This document shows positions 16,609-26,775 of a stretch of 64,000 nt of DNA, piece after piece; position 1 is the stretch's first letter; each line of letters starts with the position of its first letter. The notes beneath the pieces were generated by a model that saw only the letters and a list, made by a program, of their open reading frames with translations, made no database searches and was not told the DNA's origin. A program made the position numbers and the translations under genes. The DNA comes from an uncultured Lachnospiraceae bacterium (lineage in GTDB: Bacteria; Bacillota; Clostridia; Lachnospirales; Lachnospiraceae): assembly GCA_902489925.1 (NCBI GenBank), contig CABUBX010000001.1:22364-86363 (forward strand). Direction: 5' to 3'.

Positions 16609-17676
16609 ATGAAAAAAGCAGTTGCATTAATGTTAGGTCTTACATTGACAGTCGGCGCTTTGGCAGGTTGCGGAAACTCAGGTACTGATAAACCAGAGAC
16701 AAAACCGGTACAGTCAGAGGCAGCAGGTGACAGCGAGACAGCAGGAGAAGGCAGCACAGAGGACGGCCTTAAAGTAGCACTTTGTGTGACAGGTGCAAAG
16801 AATGATATGGGATGGTGCCAGTCAGCTTACGAAGGTCTTTTACTTGTGGAAAAAGAGCTTGGATGTGAGGTAAAGTGTTCAGAGAACGTTCAGGCGGCTG
16901 ATATGGTTGCAACTTTTACAGATTATGCGGCAAATGGTTTTGATGTTGTAATCGGACACGTTTTCCAGTTTGGCGACCCTGCTCTTGAGGTTGGAGAGTT
17001 ATATCCGGATACAAAGTTTATCTGTATTGAGGCAGATGCTTCAGCAGAGAATGTTGCTTCTTATGTTATGAAGTGTGAGGAAACAGGCTATTTACAGGGT
17101 ATGCTTGCAGCGAGCATGTCCGAGACAGGAAACATCGGTTTCATCGGCCCTGTTCAGGGTGCTTCTTTAGTAAAGATTATGAACGGCTATGAAGATGGCG
17201 CAAAATCAGTAAATCCTGATATTAAGTACCAGTCAGCATGGACAGGTTCATTTACAGATACAGCACTTGCAAAAGAAGCGGCACAGGCGATGATTGACCA
17301 GGGTGCAGATATTATCGGTCATTGTGCAAATGAGTCAGGTACAGGCGCATTGAACGCAGCAGCAGATGCAGGTCTTTTCTCAACAGGTGATTCCTATGAC
17401 CAAAGCTCACTTGCACCGGCAAGTGTATTATGTTCAGCAGTTTACAATGTTCCTCAGTTAATTAAGACAGCAGTTTCTGATATTATTGAGGGCAAATTTG
17501 AAGGTACTGTTAAAGAGCTCGGTATGAAAGAAGGCATCGTAGAGCTTGTTTACAATCCTGAGCTTGCGGATAAGATTCCGGCAGAGGTTAAGCAGCTTAT
17601 TGATGATAAGGCTGCAGCGATCGTATCAGGTGAGTTTACAGTGCCATGTGATACAACAGACAGACAGGCCAAATAA
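16609..17676 (+). CDS. BMP-family ABC transporter substrate-binding lipoprotein (nucleoside/purine-type)
   Basis: Lipobox LAGCGNSG. Bmp/PnrA-like sequence. AAGGAGAG RBS precedes ATG 16609. Confidence 0.8.
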   Translation: MKKAVALMLGLTLTVGALAGCGNSGTDKPETKPVQSEAAGDSETAGEGSTEDGLKVALCVTGAKNDMGWCQSAYEGLLLVEKELGCEVKCSENVQAADMVATFTDYAANGFDVVIGHVFQFGDPALEVGELYPDTKFICIEADASAENVASYVMKCEETGYLQGMLAASMSETGNIGFIGPVQGASLVKIMNGYEDGAKSVNPDIKYQSAWTGSFTDTALAKEAAQAMIDQGADIIGHCANESGTGALNAAADAGLFSTGDSYDQSSLAPASVLCSAVYNVPQLIKTAVSDIIEGKFEGTVKELGMKEGIVELVYNPELADKIPAEVKQLIDDKAAAIVSGEFTVPCDTTDRQAK

Positions 17677-17700
17677 TCATTTAAGAATACGGATTTGAAC

Positions 17701-17740
17701 AGGGACGGTAGGCCGGCGCTTATCGTCCCTGTCTGTTTTA
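17701..17740 (+). terminator. possible intra-operon attenuating hairpin after the binding-protein gene
   Basis: AGGGACG-N16-CGTCCCT stem followed by GTCTGTTTT. Confidence 0.35.
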
Positions 17741-17754
17741 AAGGAGAATTTGAT

Positions 17755-19281
17755 ATGGGAATTTTAGAAATGCGACATATCAGCAAAGCCTTTTCGGGGG
17801 TTTATGCCAATGAAGCCATTGATTTATCGGTTGAAAAGGGAGAGATTCATGCGCTTCTCGGCGAGAACGGCGCCGGAAAAACAACGCTGATGAATATTTT
17901 ATTCGGTATTTACTCGGCTGACGAGGGAGAAGTTTTGTGGAAAGGTGAAAAAGTACATTTTCATTCACCGAAGGATGCCATTGCGCACGGTATCGGCATG
18001 GTGCATCAACATTTTTCGCTTGTCAGTAAGATGACGGTGCTTGACAATGTGATTTTGGGATTAAAAGCCAACGGTTTATTTGTTGACAGAAAGGCAGCAA
18101 AGGTGCGGCTTACAGAGCTGGCGGAAAAATACGGTCTTCAAGTTGAGCCGGATGCACAGATTAAGACATTGTCTGTAGGTCAGCAGCAGCGTGTGGAGAT
18201 TTTAAAGGCACTTTACAGAGATGTTGAGCTGCTCATTCTTGACGAGCCGACAGGTGTGCTGACACCATCTGAGACAGAGCAGTTTTTCGATGTGCTTAGA
18301 AAGTTAAAGCAGGAAGGGCATGCCATTATCATTATTACGCACCGCATGAGTGAAATCATGAGTATCAGTGACCGTGTGACTATTTTAAGGGATGGCAAAA
18401 AGGTTAAGGATTTGGTGACAGCCGAAACATCCCCGAAGGAATTGTCCCATTTTATGATTGGACGCGAGCTTTCAGCGGATTTTCAGGCAAGAGAGGCTTC
18501 GGGAAATGAGTGTGCGCTTACGCTTTCAAATATTACAGTAAAAAAAGGCCATAAGCGTCCTTTGCTTGATAATATTAATCTTGATGTTAAGCGCGGAGAG
18601 ATTTTAGGTATTGCAGGTGTTGACGGAAACGGACAGAAGGAGTTTGCCGAGATTGTTGCCGGAATTATGAAGCCGACATCGGGAAAACTGACATTTATGG
18701 GCAAGGATATTACGGGAGAGAAGGTCAAAGAGCGCTTTAAAGACGGGATTTCTTATATTTCGGATGACCGCCATGCGGATGGGCTTGTGCTGGATATGAG
18801 CCTTGCCGATAATATGATTCTTCGTCAATATGGAGAATATCCGTATTCCAAAGCAGGATTTTTTAATAAGCGGTGGATTAAAGATGTTGCCATGAATGCC
18901 ATTAAGGAATATAAAATAAAGACTTCGGGAAAGTCCACAAGCGACACTCAGGTGAAGCTGATGTCGGGCGGTAATCAGCAAAAGATTGTTCTTGCAAGAG
19001 AAATTACAGAAAGTGCAAAACTGATTATTGCGAGTCAGCCGACGAGAGGACTTGATATCGGTGCAACGGAATTTGTACGCAAGGTACTTATGGAACAGAG
19101 AAATTTAGGCAAAAGTGTTATTTTGATTTCTGCGGATTTGGAGGAAATTATGCAGCTTTCGGACAGGGTTGCCGTGATGTTTGGCGGAAAAATTGCAGGT
19201 GTGCTTGAGCATGACGATATTACATTAGATAAGCTTGGTTTGCTGATGGGCGGTATTACAGGAGAGGAGACAGCCGTATGA
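17755..19281 (+). CDS. ABC transporter ATP-binding protein (tandem ATPase domains)
   Basis: Two nucleotide-binding domains: GENGAGKTT / LSVGQQQR / LILDEPT, plus a second degenerate set. AAGGAGA RBS precedes ATG 17755. Confidence 0.85.
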   Translation: MGILEMRHISKAFSGVYANEAIDLSVEKGEIHALLGENGAGKTTLMNILFGIYSADEGEVLWKGEKVHFHSPKDAIAHGIGMVHQHFSLVSKMTVLDNVILGLKANGLFVDRKAAKVRLTELAEKYGLQVEPDAQIKTLSVGQQQRVEILKALYRDVELLILDEPTGVLTPSETEQFFDVLRKLKQEGHAIIIITHRMSEIMSISDRVTILRDGKKVKDLVTAETSPKELSHFMIGRELSADFQAREASGNECALTLSNITVKKGHKRPLLDNINLDVKRGEILGIAGVDGNGQKEFAEIVAGIMKPTSGKLTFMGKDITGEKVKERFKDGISYISDDRHADGLVLDMSLADNMILRQYGEYPYSKAGFFNKRWIKDVAMNAIKEYKIKTSGKSTSDTQVKLMSGGNQQKIVLAREITESAKLIIASQPTRGLDIGATEFVRKVLMEQRNLGKSVILISADLEEIMQLSDRVAVMFGGKIAGVLEHDDITLDKLGLLMGGITGEETAV

Positions 19282-20309
19282 GTAAGAAAAAACAACTTTT
19301 AGATATTGTGTGGATTATTCTCATCACTGTCGCCGCAGGAACAGTGATGATGCTTCTTTGCAAGGTAAATCCGGTGGAAGGCTTTCAGATGTTTTTCAAC
19401 GGCATTTTCGGCAATGCAAGCAGCTTTGTAGAAATTTTTGTGAAAGCGACGCCGTTGATTCTTACAGGACTTGGCTGTGCAGTTGCTTTTAGAACGGGAT
19501 TTTTTAATATCGGCGCCGAAGGTCAGTTTTACATCGGTGCGATTGCGGCAGCGGCAGTGGCATTAAATCTTACAGGCGTTCCGGGACCTGCAAGAATTAT
19601 ACTTTCGATGCTGGCAGGTTTTATATGCGGCGGCCTTTGGGCGCTTATTGCAGCAATTTTTAAGGCAAAATTCGGTATTTCGGAAATTATTGTCACAATT
19701 ATGTTAAATTATATTGCCATCAACTTTTTAGGCATTGCCGTGAGAACATTTCTCATGGACCCAGCAGGCACGGTGCCTCAGTCGGCGCGTATTGAGTCTT
19801 CAGCGGCGTTAAAGCTTTTGATGCCGCCGACACGTCTGAATGCAGGCATTATTATTGCGGTCGCAGCAGTCCTTATTGTATGGGTGCTTATGGAAAAAAC
19901 AAAGGTCGGCTATGAGATTAAGGTTGTCGGTTTTAATAAAAGAGCAGCAAAGTGTACGGGTATTTCCGCAATGAAAAATATCGTGATTTCTGCTTGTTTA
20001 AGCGGTGGTCTTTCCGGTCTTGCCGGTGTGATTGAAGTCATTGGTATTCAGAAAAAGCTGATTGAAGGCATTTCTTCGGATTGCGGTTATACAGCGGTGC
20101 TCATCGCCCTTATCGCATCGAATCATCCGATTGGCGTACTCGGTGCGGCGATTGGTTTTGCGGCGATGCAAATCGGTGCAAATTCTATGCAGCGTCAGCT
20201 TGGTATTCCGTCAGCGATTGTCAGTATTTTGGTCGGACTTGTTGTTTTACTTGTTCTTGGAAGAAAGATGTTTCATCTTTCAACCTTTAAAAAGAAAGCA
20301 AAAAATTAA
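19278..20309 (+). CDS. ABC transporter permease (BMP/ribose-type)
   Basis: Polytopic membrane protein. Its start overlaps the ATPase stop by 4 nt. Confidence 0.8.
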   Translation: MSKKKQLLDIVWIILITVAAGTVMMLLCKVNPVEGFQMFFNGIFGNASSFVEIFVKATPLILTGLGCAVAFRTGFFNIGAEGQFYIGAIAAAAVALNLTGVPGPARIILSMLAGFICGGLWALIAAIFKAKFGISEIIVTIMLNYIAINFLGIAVRTFLMDPAGTVPQSARIESSAALKLLMPPTRLNAGIIIAVAAVLIVWVLMEKTKVGYEIKVVGFNKRAAKCTGISAMKNIVISACLSGGLSGLAGVIEVIGIQKKLIEGISSDCGYTAVLIALIASNHPIGVLGAAIGFAAMQIGANSMQRQLGIPSAIVSILVGLVVLLVLGRKMFHLSTFKKKAKN

Positions 20310-20321
20310 GGAGGTGCGGTG

Positions 20322-21263
20322 ATGTTAGAACAGATTTTTACATTGACTTTTTTTACAGCCTTTTTAACGGCTGCCGTGCGTATGGCAGTGCCGTTAATCT
20401 ACGCCGCCCTCGGTGAAGTGTTCTTAGAGCGCGCCGGTATTTTAAATATCGGTATGGAAGGTGTTATGCTTAGCGGTGCATTCTTCTCATTTGTCGGCGC
20501 TTTTTATGGCGGCAATATTATCATCGGTTTAATCTGTGGTATGCTCGGCGGCTGCCTTGTCAGTCTGATTCACGGCTTTTTATGTATTAAGCTTTCTCAG
20601 AATCAATCCGTCAGCGGTATTGCCCTGAACATTTTTATGCTCGGTGTGACAAGCTTTGGCTATAAGCTTATGAGCGAGGGACAGTCCTATCAGCAGGTGG
20701 AGACATTAGAAACAATCAAGATTCCATTGCTTGGGGATATTCCGCTTATTGGCGAGGCTTTGTTTAATCAGGATATTATGACTTATCTTGTATTTGCACT
20801 CGTGATTTTAGCGATTATATTTTACAGAAAAACATCAACGGGACTTGCGTTTTCATCCATCGGAGAGCATCCGAGGGCAGCGGACGCGGCGGGAATTTCT
20901 GTCTATAAATATCAGTGGCTTGCCATTATTGTCAATGGCGTTATGGGCGGTATCGGTGGTGCGGTGCTTGTTCTTGTACAGCTCGGAAAGTTTTCCGAAA
21001 ATATGATTTCAGGCCGCGGTTATATCGCGCTTGCGGCTGTGATTTTAGGACGGTATACACCGCTTGGAAGCTTTGGTGCGGCACTTGTTTTCGGTGGTGC
21101 CAATGCACTTCAGATTCGTCTTCAGGCACTTGGTGTGCCGCTGCCGACGCAGGCGCTGGCGATGCTTCCATATATTATTACATTAGTTGCACTTCTTGGC
21201 TCTATCGGCCGCAGCAATGAGCCGGAAAGCCTTGGAAAACCATATATCAGAGGTTCAAGATAA
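20322..21263 (+). CDS. ABC transporter permease (BMP/ribose-type)
   Basis: Polytopic membrane protein. AAGGAGG RBS precedes ATG 20322. Confidence 0.8.
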   Translation: MLEQIFTLTFFTAFLTAAVRMAVPLIYAALGEVFLERAGILNIGMEGVMLSGAFFSFVGAFYGGNIIIGLICGMLGGCLVSLIHGFLCIKLSQNQSVSGIALNIFMLGVTSFGYKLMSEGQSYQQVETLETIKIPLLGDIPLIGEALFNQDIMTYLVFALVILAIIFYRKTSTGLAFSSIGEHPRAADAAGISVYKYQWLAIIVNGVMGGIGGAVLVLVQLGKFSENMISGRGYIALAAVILGRYTPLGSFGAALVFGGANALQIRLQALGVPLPTQALAMLPYIITLVALLGSIGRSNEPESLGKPYIRGSR

Positions 21264-21301
21264 AAGCGGCGCAGTCTGTGCGCGGAAAGAGGTATTACAA
21301 A

Positions 21302-22687
21302 ATGAGTAAGATTTTAATTAAAAATGCAAAGGCAATCGTGACATGCGATGAGAATGATAATGTATTTTATGACAGCGATATGCTGATTGACGGGCCGAAA
21401 ATTACAGCAATCGGCATAGATATTGAGGCAGAGGGGGCTGAGGTTATTGATGCATCGGGTAAATTTGTTTACCCGGGACTTGTCAATACACATCATCATT
21501 TTTTCCAGACCTTTGTCCGTAATATGACAACGATTGACTATCCGAATTTGACAGTCATGGATTGGATTGACAAAATTTATCGTATCTTCCCAAAAATTGA
21601 TGACAACGTGATTTATTATTCATCACTGACAGCGATGGCTGACTTGTTAAAACATGGATGCACAACAGCTTTTGACCATCAGTATTGCTATACAACGGCG
21701 ACAGGCAAGCGTCCTGTGGACAGACAGATGGAGGCTGCAGCGCAGCTTGGTATTCGTTACAGCGCAGGCCGCGGCGGCAATACCCTTCCGAGGGAAAAGG
21801 GAAGTTCAATTCCTGCGCCGATGGTTGAGTCTACGGATGAATTTATTAAGGACTGTGAACGTCTTATTGATAAATATCATGATGCAAGTCCGTATGCGAT
21901 GAATCAGATTGTTGTTGCACCGTGTCAGCCAATCAACTGCTATAAGGATACATTTACAGAGTCTTTAAAGCTGGCAAGAGATAAGGGTGTGCGCCTTCAT
22001 ACACATCTCGGCGAGGGCGAAAGTGAAGGCATCAAAGAGCGCTATGGCATGAGAACTGTTGAATGGTGCCGTGAGATGGGCTTTGTCGGTGAGGATGTTT
22101 TCTATGCGCATGCATGGGAATTGACACCGGAGGAATATAAGGTGCTTGCAGAGACAAAGACAGGTATTTCTCATTGTCCGGCACCGGCTGTTCTTGGCGG
22201 TTTCCCGATTCTTGACATTAAGTGGCTTCAGGAACAGGGAATTTTAGTCAGCCTCGGCTGTGACGGCTCTGCCACAAATGACAGCTCAAATGAATTGGAT
22301 GCACTCCGCATGGCGTATTTGATGCAGTCCTATCATACAAAAGAAAGAGGCGGCTGCGTATCTTCTTATGATATGTTAAAGGTTGCCACAGTTAATGGTG
22401 CAAAGATGCTTGGCCGTACAGAACTTGGCTCACTTGAGGTCGAAAAAGGTGCAGACCTTTTCATGATTGATACAAATAAGCTTGAGCTGACAGGCGCCCT
22501 CCATGACCCTAAAAATCTTCTGGCGAGAGTTGGCGTGACAGGCCCTGTATGGATGACGATGGTCAACGGCAAGGTTGTCTATAAGGATGGGCACCTGACA
22601 GGTGTGGACGAAGAAAAGCTTGCACGCGAAGGCGAAGAAGTATGTACAAAAGTGCTTCGCGATGAATTTAAGAATTTTTGGATTTAA
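21302..22687 (+). CDS. amidohydrolase-superfamily deaminase, 8-oxoguanine deaminase-like
   Basis: The PGLVNTHHHFFQTF metal-binding motif and a length of about 460 aa match the guanine/8-oxoguanine/isoxanthopterin deaminase group. Last gene of the transporter operon. Confidence 0.6.
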   Translation: MSKILIKNAKAIVTCDENDNVFYDSDMLIDGPKITAIGIDIEAEGAEVIDASGKFVYPGLVNTHHHFFQTFVRNMTTIDYPNLTVMDWIDKIYRIFPKIDDNVIYYSSLTAMADLLKHGCTTAFDHQYCYTTATGKRPVDRQMEAAAQLGIRYSAGRGGNTLPREKGSSIPAPMVESTDEFIKDCERLIDKYHDASPYAMNQIVVAPCQPINCYKDTFTESLKLARDKGVRLHTHLGEGESEGIKERYGMRTVEWCREMGFVGEDVFYAHAWELTPEEYKVLAETKTGISHCPAPAVLGGFPILDIKWLQEQGILVSLGCDGSATNDSSNELDALRMAYLMQSYHTKERGGCVSSYDMLKVATVNGAKMLGRTELGSLEVEKGADLFMIDTNKLELTGALHDPKNLLARVGVTGPVWMTMVNGKVVYKDGHLTGVDEEKLAREGEEVCTKVLRDEFKNFWI

Positions 22688-22689
22688 AA

Positions 22690-23565
22690 TTATGTGTCGG
22701 GCGGCGTAAACGGTTTTACAGGCAATTGATTTTGCAGACGCCATGACCGCGGCGATATACCGTAAACATTTTTAAAAGCCCGTGAAAAATGCAGAGGGTT
22801 TGCATAGCCGATGGCATTGGAGATATCTTTGACGGAAAGCTGTGTCAGTTTCAGCAATTCGGTTGCTTTAATCATTCGGTAGTTAATAAGAAATTCCTGA
22901 GGGGTCTGACCGAGCGCTTTGTTAAAAATTGTTCCGAAATAGCTTCTGTTTAAGCCGCAGTTGGCAGCAATATCCTCAACAGATATATCATTTTGGAAGT
23001 TTTGTTCAATAAAGCTTAGAGCCTCGTGAATATAAAAATCTTGTATTTTTTCATTTTTACTGATATAAAGAGGCGCGACAGAGCGTGTAAAATAATCAAG
23101 AAATAAAAATCCGTGTCCCAAAAGATGAAGCGGTGATTCATCGGAATGGTGGACGATGTAAAGAATTTCATCCAGCATATTTTGGCGAAGCTCTTTTGAA
23201 CGGGAATGGTAAATAGGATTATCCATGGAGAGTCCGGTAATCTGAAGTGCTTCCTTGACACGGAGACCATCAAACTCAATCCAGACATATTCCCACGGGA
23301 ATTGGTAATCAGCGGTGTAGGTACAAATCTGATTTGGAAAAATCATGAAACCTTCGCCGCTTTTTATTGTATAATTTTTTGTTTCACCTTTTTTATTTTC
23401 AGCTCTGAGTATTCCCGTGCCTGAAATAACATAGTGGAACAGGTAATGATTTCTTGTTGCCGGGCCAAAAGTATGGGATGGCTGGCACTGTTCCCAACCG
23501 TATTGATGCAGATGAAAATCAATAAAATTTTCGCTTGGGAAAATAGAAAATAAGTAATTTTTCAT
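22690..23565 (-). CDS. AraC-family transcriptional regulator (cupin-like N-terminal sensor plus HTH_18)
   Basis: C-terminal tandem HTH segments (SVEDIAANCGLNRSYFGTIF...ISNAIGYANPLHFSRAFK). Divergent from the sugar ABC operon. Confidence 0.85.
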   Translation of the reverse strand: MKNYLFSIFPSENFIDFHLHQYGWEQCQPSHTFGPATRNHYLFHYVISGTGILRAENKKGETKNYTIKSGEGFMIFPNQICTYTADYQFPWEYVWIEFDGLRVKEALQITGLSMDNPIYHSRSKELRQNMLDEILYIVHHSDESPLHLLGHGFLFLDYFTRSVAPLYISKNEKIQDFYIHEALSFIEQNFQNDISVEDIAANCGLNRSYFGTIFNKALGQTPQEFLINYRMIKATELLKLTQLSVKDISNAIGYANPLHFSRAFKNVYGISPRSWRLQNQLPVKPFTPPDT

Positions 23566-23590
23566 GGCAGGCTCAACTCCTTTTTACTAT

Positions 23591-23698
23591 TATATACCAA
23601 AATGCTAGATGATTTCGAGAGATTATTGAAAATCCGGCATTTTGGTATATATTCCGGGAAATCCGGCTATTTTTACAAGCATTATGACATGATATAAT
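23591..23698. promoter_or_regulatory. AraC/sugar-operon control region
   Basis: Perfect 15-bp inverted repeat TATATACCAAAATGC (23591-23605) / GCATTTTGGTATATA (23637-23651). Direct repeat AAATCCGGC at 23630 and 23659. Extended -10 TGaTATAAT at 23693-23698. Confidence 0.5.
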
Positions 23699-23738
23699 TT
23701 ATTTAACATAGAGAACGGTAAAGAAGGGAGACAAAACT

Positions 23739-25016
23739 ATGAAAAACGGAATGAAAATAGCAGCTGCAGTACTCGCCGGAAGCATGATGACCATGACACT
23801 TACAGGATGCGGACAAAATGATGGAAGTCATAAAACGGAAATAGAAATTATGCAGTATAAGCCGGAAGCAACTGCTTATTTTGAGGAAGTGGCAGAAAAG
23901 TTTAATGCGACTCACGACGATATTCATTTGACAATCAATTCACCGAATGATGCTTCGACAATTATGAGAACACGTTTTATCCGAGAGGATTATCCGGATA
24001 TTATAGGTATCGGCGGTGATATTAACTATTCCTATTATGTGGATGCGGGTATTCTTGCGGATATTTCGGATTATGAAGGCTTGGGGGACGTTAAGCAGGC
24101 TTATCTTGACATCGCTGAAGAATTAAAGCTTATACCGAAGGAAGGTACTTATATTCTTCCGTATGTGGCTAATGCAGCAGGAATATTGTATAACAAAGAT
24201 ATTTTTGAACAGCACGGGTGGGAAATTCCAAACTCATGGGATGAGCTGATTCAGCTTTGTGAAAACATGCAAAGTGAGGGCGTGCTGCCGTTTTACTTTG
24301 GATTTAAGGATGTATGGACCTGCCTTGCACCGTGGAATGCGATGGCGGTAGACCTTGCGCCTGCGGATGTATGCCGTCAGGTGAATCGGGGTGAGACAAC
24401 GTTTACGGAAAATTACAGGGAAATTGCTGAGAAGTATTTGCAGTTACTTGATTATGGCCCGGATGACCCATTCGCTTATAATTATAATGATGCATGTACT
24501 GCTTTTGCCAGAGGGGAGGCAGCAATGTATCCAATCGGAAGCTATGCGGTACCTCAGATTTTATCTGTAAATCCTGATATGAATATTGATTCATTTGTTA
24601 TGCCGGCCAATGCGGATGTTTCGAAAAATACTTTAAACTCCGGCATAGACCTTGGTTTTGCAGTGACAGCAGCATGTGAAAATAAGGAAGCTGCCTATGA
24701 GGTACTTGATTTCTTATATGCTGACGAAAATATTCAGGCATACATTGACAATCAAAATGCTGTACCTTGCAAAGAGGGCGATTTCACACTTGCACCGATG
24801 CTTGATGGTATGTCCGAGTATATTCAGTCGGGAAGCATGACGGATTATCAGGACCATTATTATCCGTCTGAAATGGCTGTGGATGCACAAATTCAAACAT
24901 TCCTTATTAAAAAAGATGTTGATGCATTTTTAGAGAAGTTTGACAGTGACTGGAAGCGCTACAACAGGGATACAATACGAAAAGTTCAGGAATATGAAGA
25001 AGAACATGCAGATTAA
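23739..25016 (+). CDS. ABC transporter sugar-binding lipoprotein
   Basis: Signal peptide with lipobox LTGCGQ. Family-1 extracellular solute-binding protein of about 425 aa. Confidence 0.8.
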   Translation: MKNGMKIAAAVLAGSMMTMTLTGCGQNDGSHKTEIEIMQYKPEATAYFEEVAEKFNATHDDIHLTINSPNDASTIMRTRFIREDYPDIIGIGGDINYSYYVDAGILADISDYEGLGDVKQAYLDIAEELKLIPKEGTYILPYVANAAGILYNKDIFEQHGWEIPNSWDELIQLCENMQSEGVLPFYFGFKDVWTCLAPWNAMAVDLAPADVCRQVNRGETTFTENYREIAEKYLQLLDYGPDDPFAYNYNDACTAFARGEAAMYPIGSYAVPQILSVNPDMNIDSFVMPANADVSKNTLNSGIDLGFAVTAACENKEAAYEVLDFLYADENIQAYIDNQNAVPCKEGDFTLAPMLDGMSEYIQSGSMTDYQDHYYPSEMAVDAQIQTFLIKKDVDAFLEKFDSDWKRYNRDTIRKVQEYEEEHAD

Positions 25017-25040
25017 TGATAGGAAAGGGGCGTTTGTCTG

Positions 25041-25913
25041 ATGAAAAAAATAAATAAAAAGCAGCGGACATATCTTTTGATAACATTACCGATTTTGGCA
25101 TTGTTTATTTGCTTTAATACAGTACCTTTAATCAGAGGTGCAATTTACAGCTTTACAAATTTTAAAGGCTTCGGCGAGTATGACTGGGTTGGTTTAAGAA
25201 ATTATATTGATTTATTTCAGGATGCAAGAGTCGGAAAATCCTATTGGTTTACATTTAAGCTGGCTATCGCGGCAACAATAGTGACTAATGTTATCAGCTT
25301 GCTGCTTGCACTTGGTTTAAACAGTAAAATCAGGGCAAAAAGCTTTTTCAGAGGGGCCTATTTCCTTCCTAATGTTCTGGGTTCTTTAGTTGTCGGATAT
25401 ATTTTTAATTACTTTTTTACATATATTCTTCCGGGTTTTGGTCAGATGATTGGCAGTGAGGCATTAGGAAAAAGTATGCTCTCAAATACGAAAACGGCAT
25501 GGATTGCCATTGTAATTGTCTGTGCATGGCAGGCGATAGCAATGAATACGATTATTTATATTTCGGGACTCCAGACAGTGCCTGAGGATGTTTATGAAGC
25601 CGGCGCTTTAGACGGTGCTACGGGCTGGAGAAAATTTAAGAGCCTGACATTTCCGTTAATTATTCCGTTTTTCACAATTAACATGGTGCTTTGTGTGAAA
25701 AACTTCCTTATGGTATTCGACCAGATTATGGCATTGACAAAGGGCGGACCGGCTCAGAGTACAGAATCAATCTCTTACCTGATTTACAATAATGGTATGT
25801 CCGGCGGACAGTTTGGATTCCAGAGTGCCAACGCAGTCATCTTCTTTATTGTTATCGTTATTATTTCTGTATTCCAGATGACAATCTCAGGAAAGAAGGA
25901 GGAACAGTTATGA
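25041..25913 (+). CDS. carbohydrate ABC transporter permease (MsmF/MalF-like)
   Basis: Six TM segments and the EAA-loop region (YEAGALDGATGWRKF). Confidence 0.85.
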   Translation: MKKINKKQRTYLLITLPILALFICFNTVPLIRGAIYSFTNFKGFGEYDWVGLRNYIDLFQDARVGKSYWFTFKLAIAATIVTNVISLLLALGLNSKIRAKSFFRGAYFLPNVLGSLVVGYIFNYFFTYILPGFGQMIGSEALGKSMLSNTKTAWIAIVIVCAWQAIAMNTIIYISGLQTVPEDVYEAGALDGATGWRKFKSLTFPLIIPFFTINMVLCVKNFLMVFDQIMALTKGGPAQSTESISYLIYNNGMSGGQFGFQSANAVIFFIVIVIISVFQMTISGKKEEQL

Positions 25914-26749
25914 TGAAAGAAAAGAGCAGAACGAACTGGCCGATAATGATACTTTTAGCCCTTGGGTTGGTTACAATCGCGTTTCCGCTGTATATGACGA
26001 TTGTCATTGCGTTTAAGCAGCCGTCGGAGATGACAAACAGCATATCAGGAATATTATCTCTCCCACAAACATGGAGTCTGAGTAATTTTAAAGAAGCAAT
26101 ACGTGTGACAGATTTTTGGAATTCATTAAGAAACAGTGTTTTGATTACGTCTGTGACAGTTGTTTTATCTGTTGTCATTCATTCCTTAATGGGCTATGCA
26201 GTCGGAAGAAATAAAGGACACAGTAAATTTTATAAATTTGTATATTTGTTTATTGTCAGCGGTATGTTTGTACCGTTTGCAATTCTTATGATGCCTTTGG
26301 CGAAACAGACAGCTCAGATGGGACTTGGAAACTGGGTTGGTGTTGTTTTACTTTATGTTGTATTTTATATGCCGATGAATCTTTTGCTTTATACAGGCTA
26401 TCTGACAAATATTCCGATGGCGCTTGAGGAAGCGGCTCAGGTTGACGGGGCGAGCACATGGACAACTTACTGGAAAGTGATTTTTCCGATTATGAAGCCG
26501 ATGCATGCAACAGTTGCGGTTATTACAGCACTTGCCGTGTGGAATGATGTGATGACACCGCTTGTCATTATGGCAGGAACAGGACAAAATACATTGCCGC
26601 TGGCGCAGCTTAATTTTCAGACACAGTTTGGAACAAACTATAATTTAGCATTTGCCTCCTATCTTTTAGCGTTGATTCCGATTGTTGTATTCTATATTAT
26701 TTGTCAAAAACAGATTTTAAGCGGTGTTGTCAATGGTGCTGTAAAATAA
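25910..26749 (+). CDS. carbohydrate ABC transporter permease (MsmG/MalG-like)
   Basis: EAA loop EEAAQVDGASTWTTYWKVIFP. 4-nt overlap with the upstream permease gene. Confidence 0.85.
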   Translation: MMKEKSRTNWPIMILLALGLVTIAFPLYMTIVIAFKQPSEMTNSISGILSLPQTWSLSNFKEAIRVTDFWNSLRNSVLITSVTVVLSVVIHSLMGYAVGRNKGHSKFYKFVYLFIVSGMFVPFAILMMPLAKQTAQMGLGNWVGVVLLYVVFYMPMNLLLYTGYLTNIPMALEEAAQVDGASTWTTYWKVIFPIMKPMHATVAVITALAVWNDVMTPLVIMAGTGQNTLPLAQLNFQTQFGTNYNLAFASYLLALIPIVVFYIICQKQILSGVVNGAVK

Positions 26750-26775
26750 ATTTTGAAAGGTATACAGGTGAAGTT

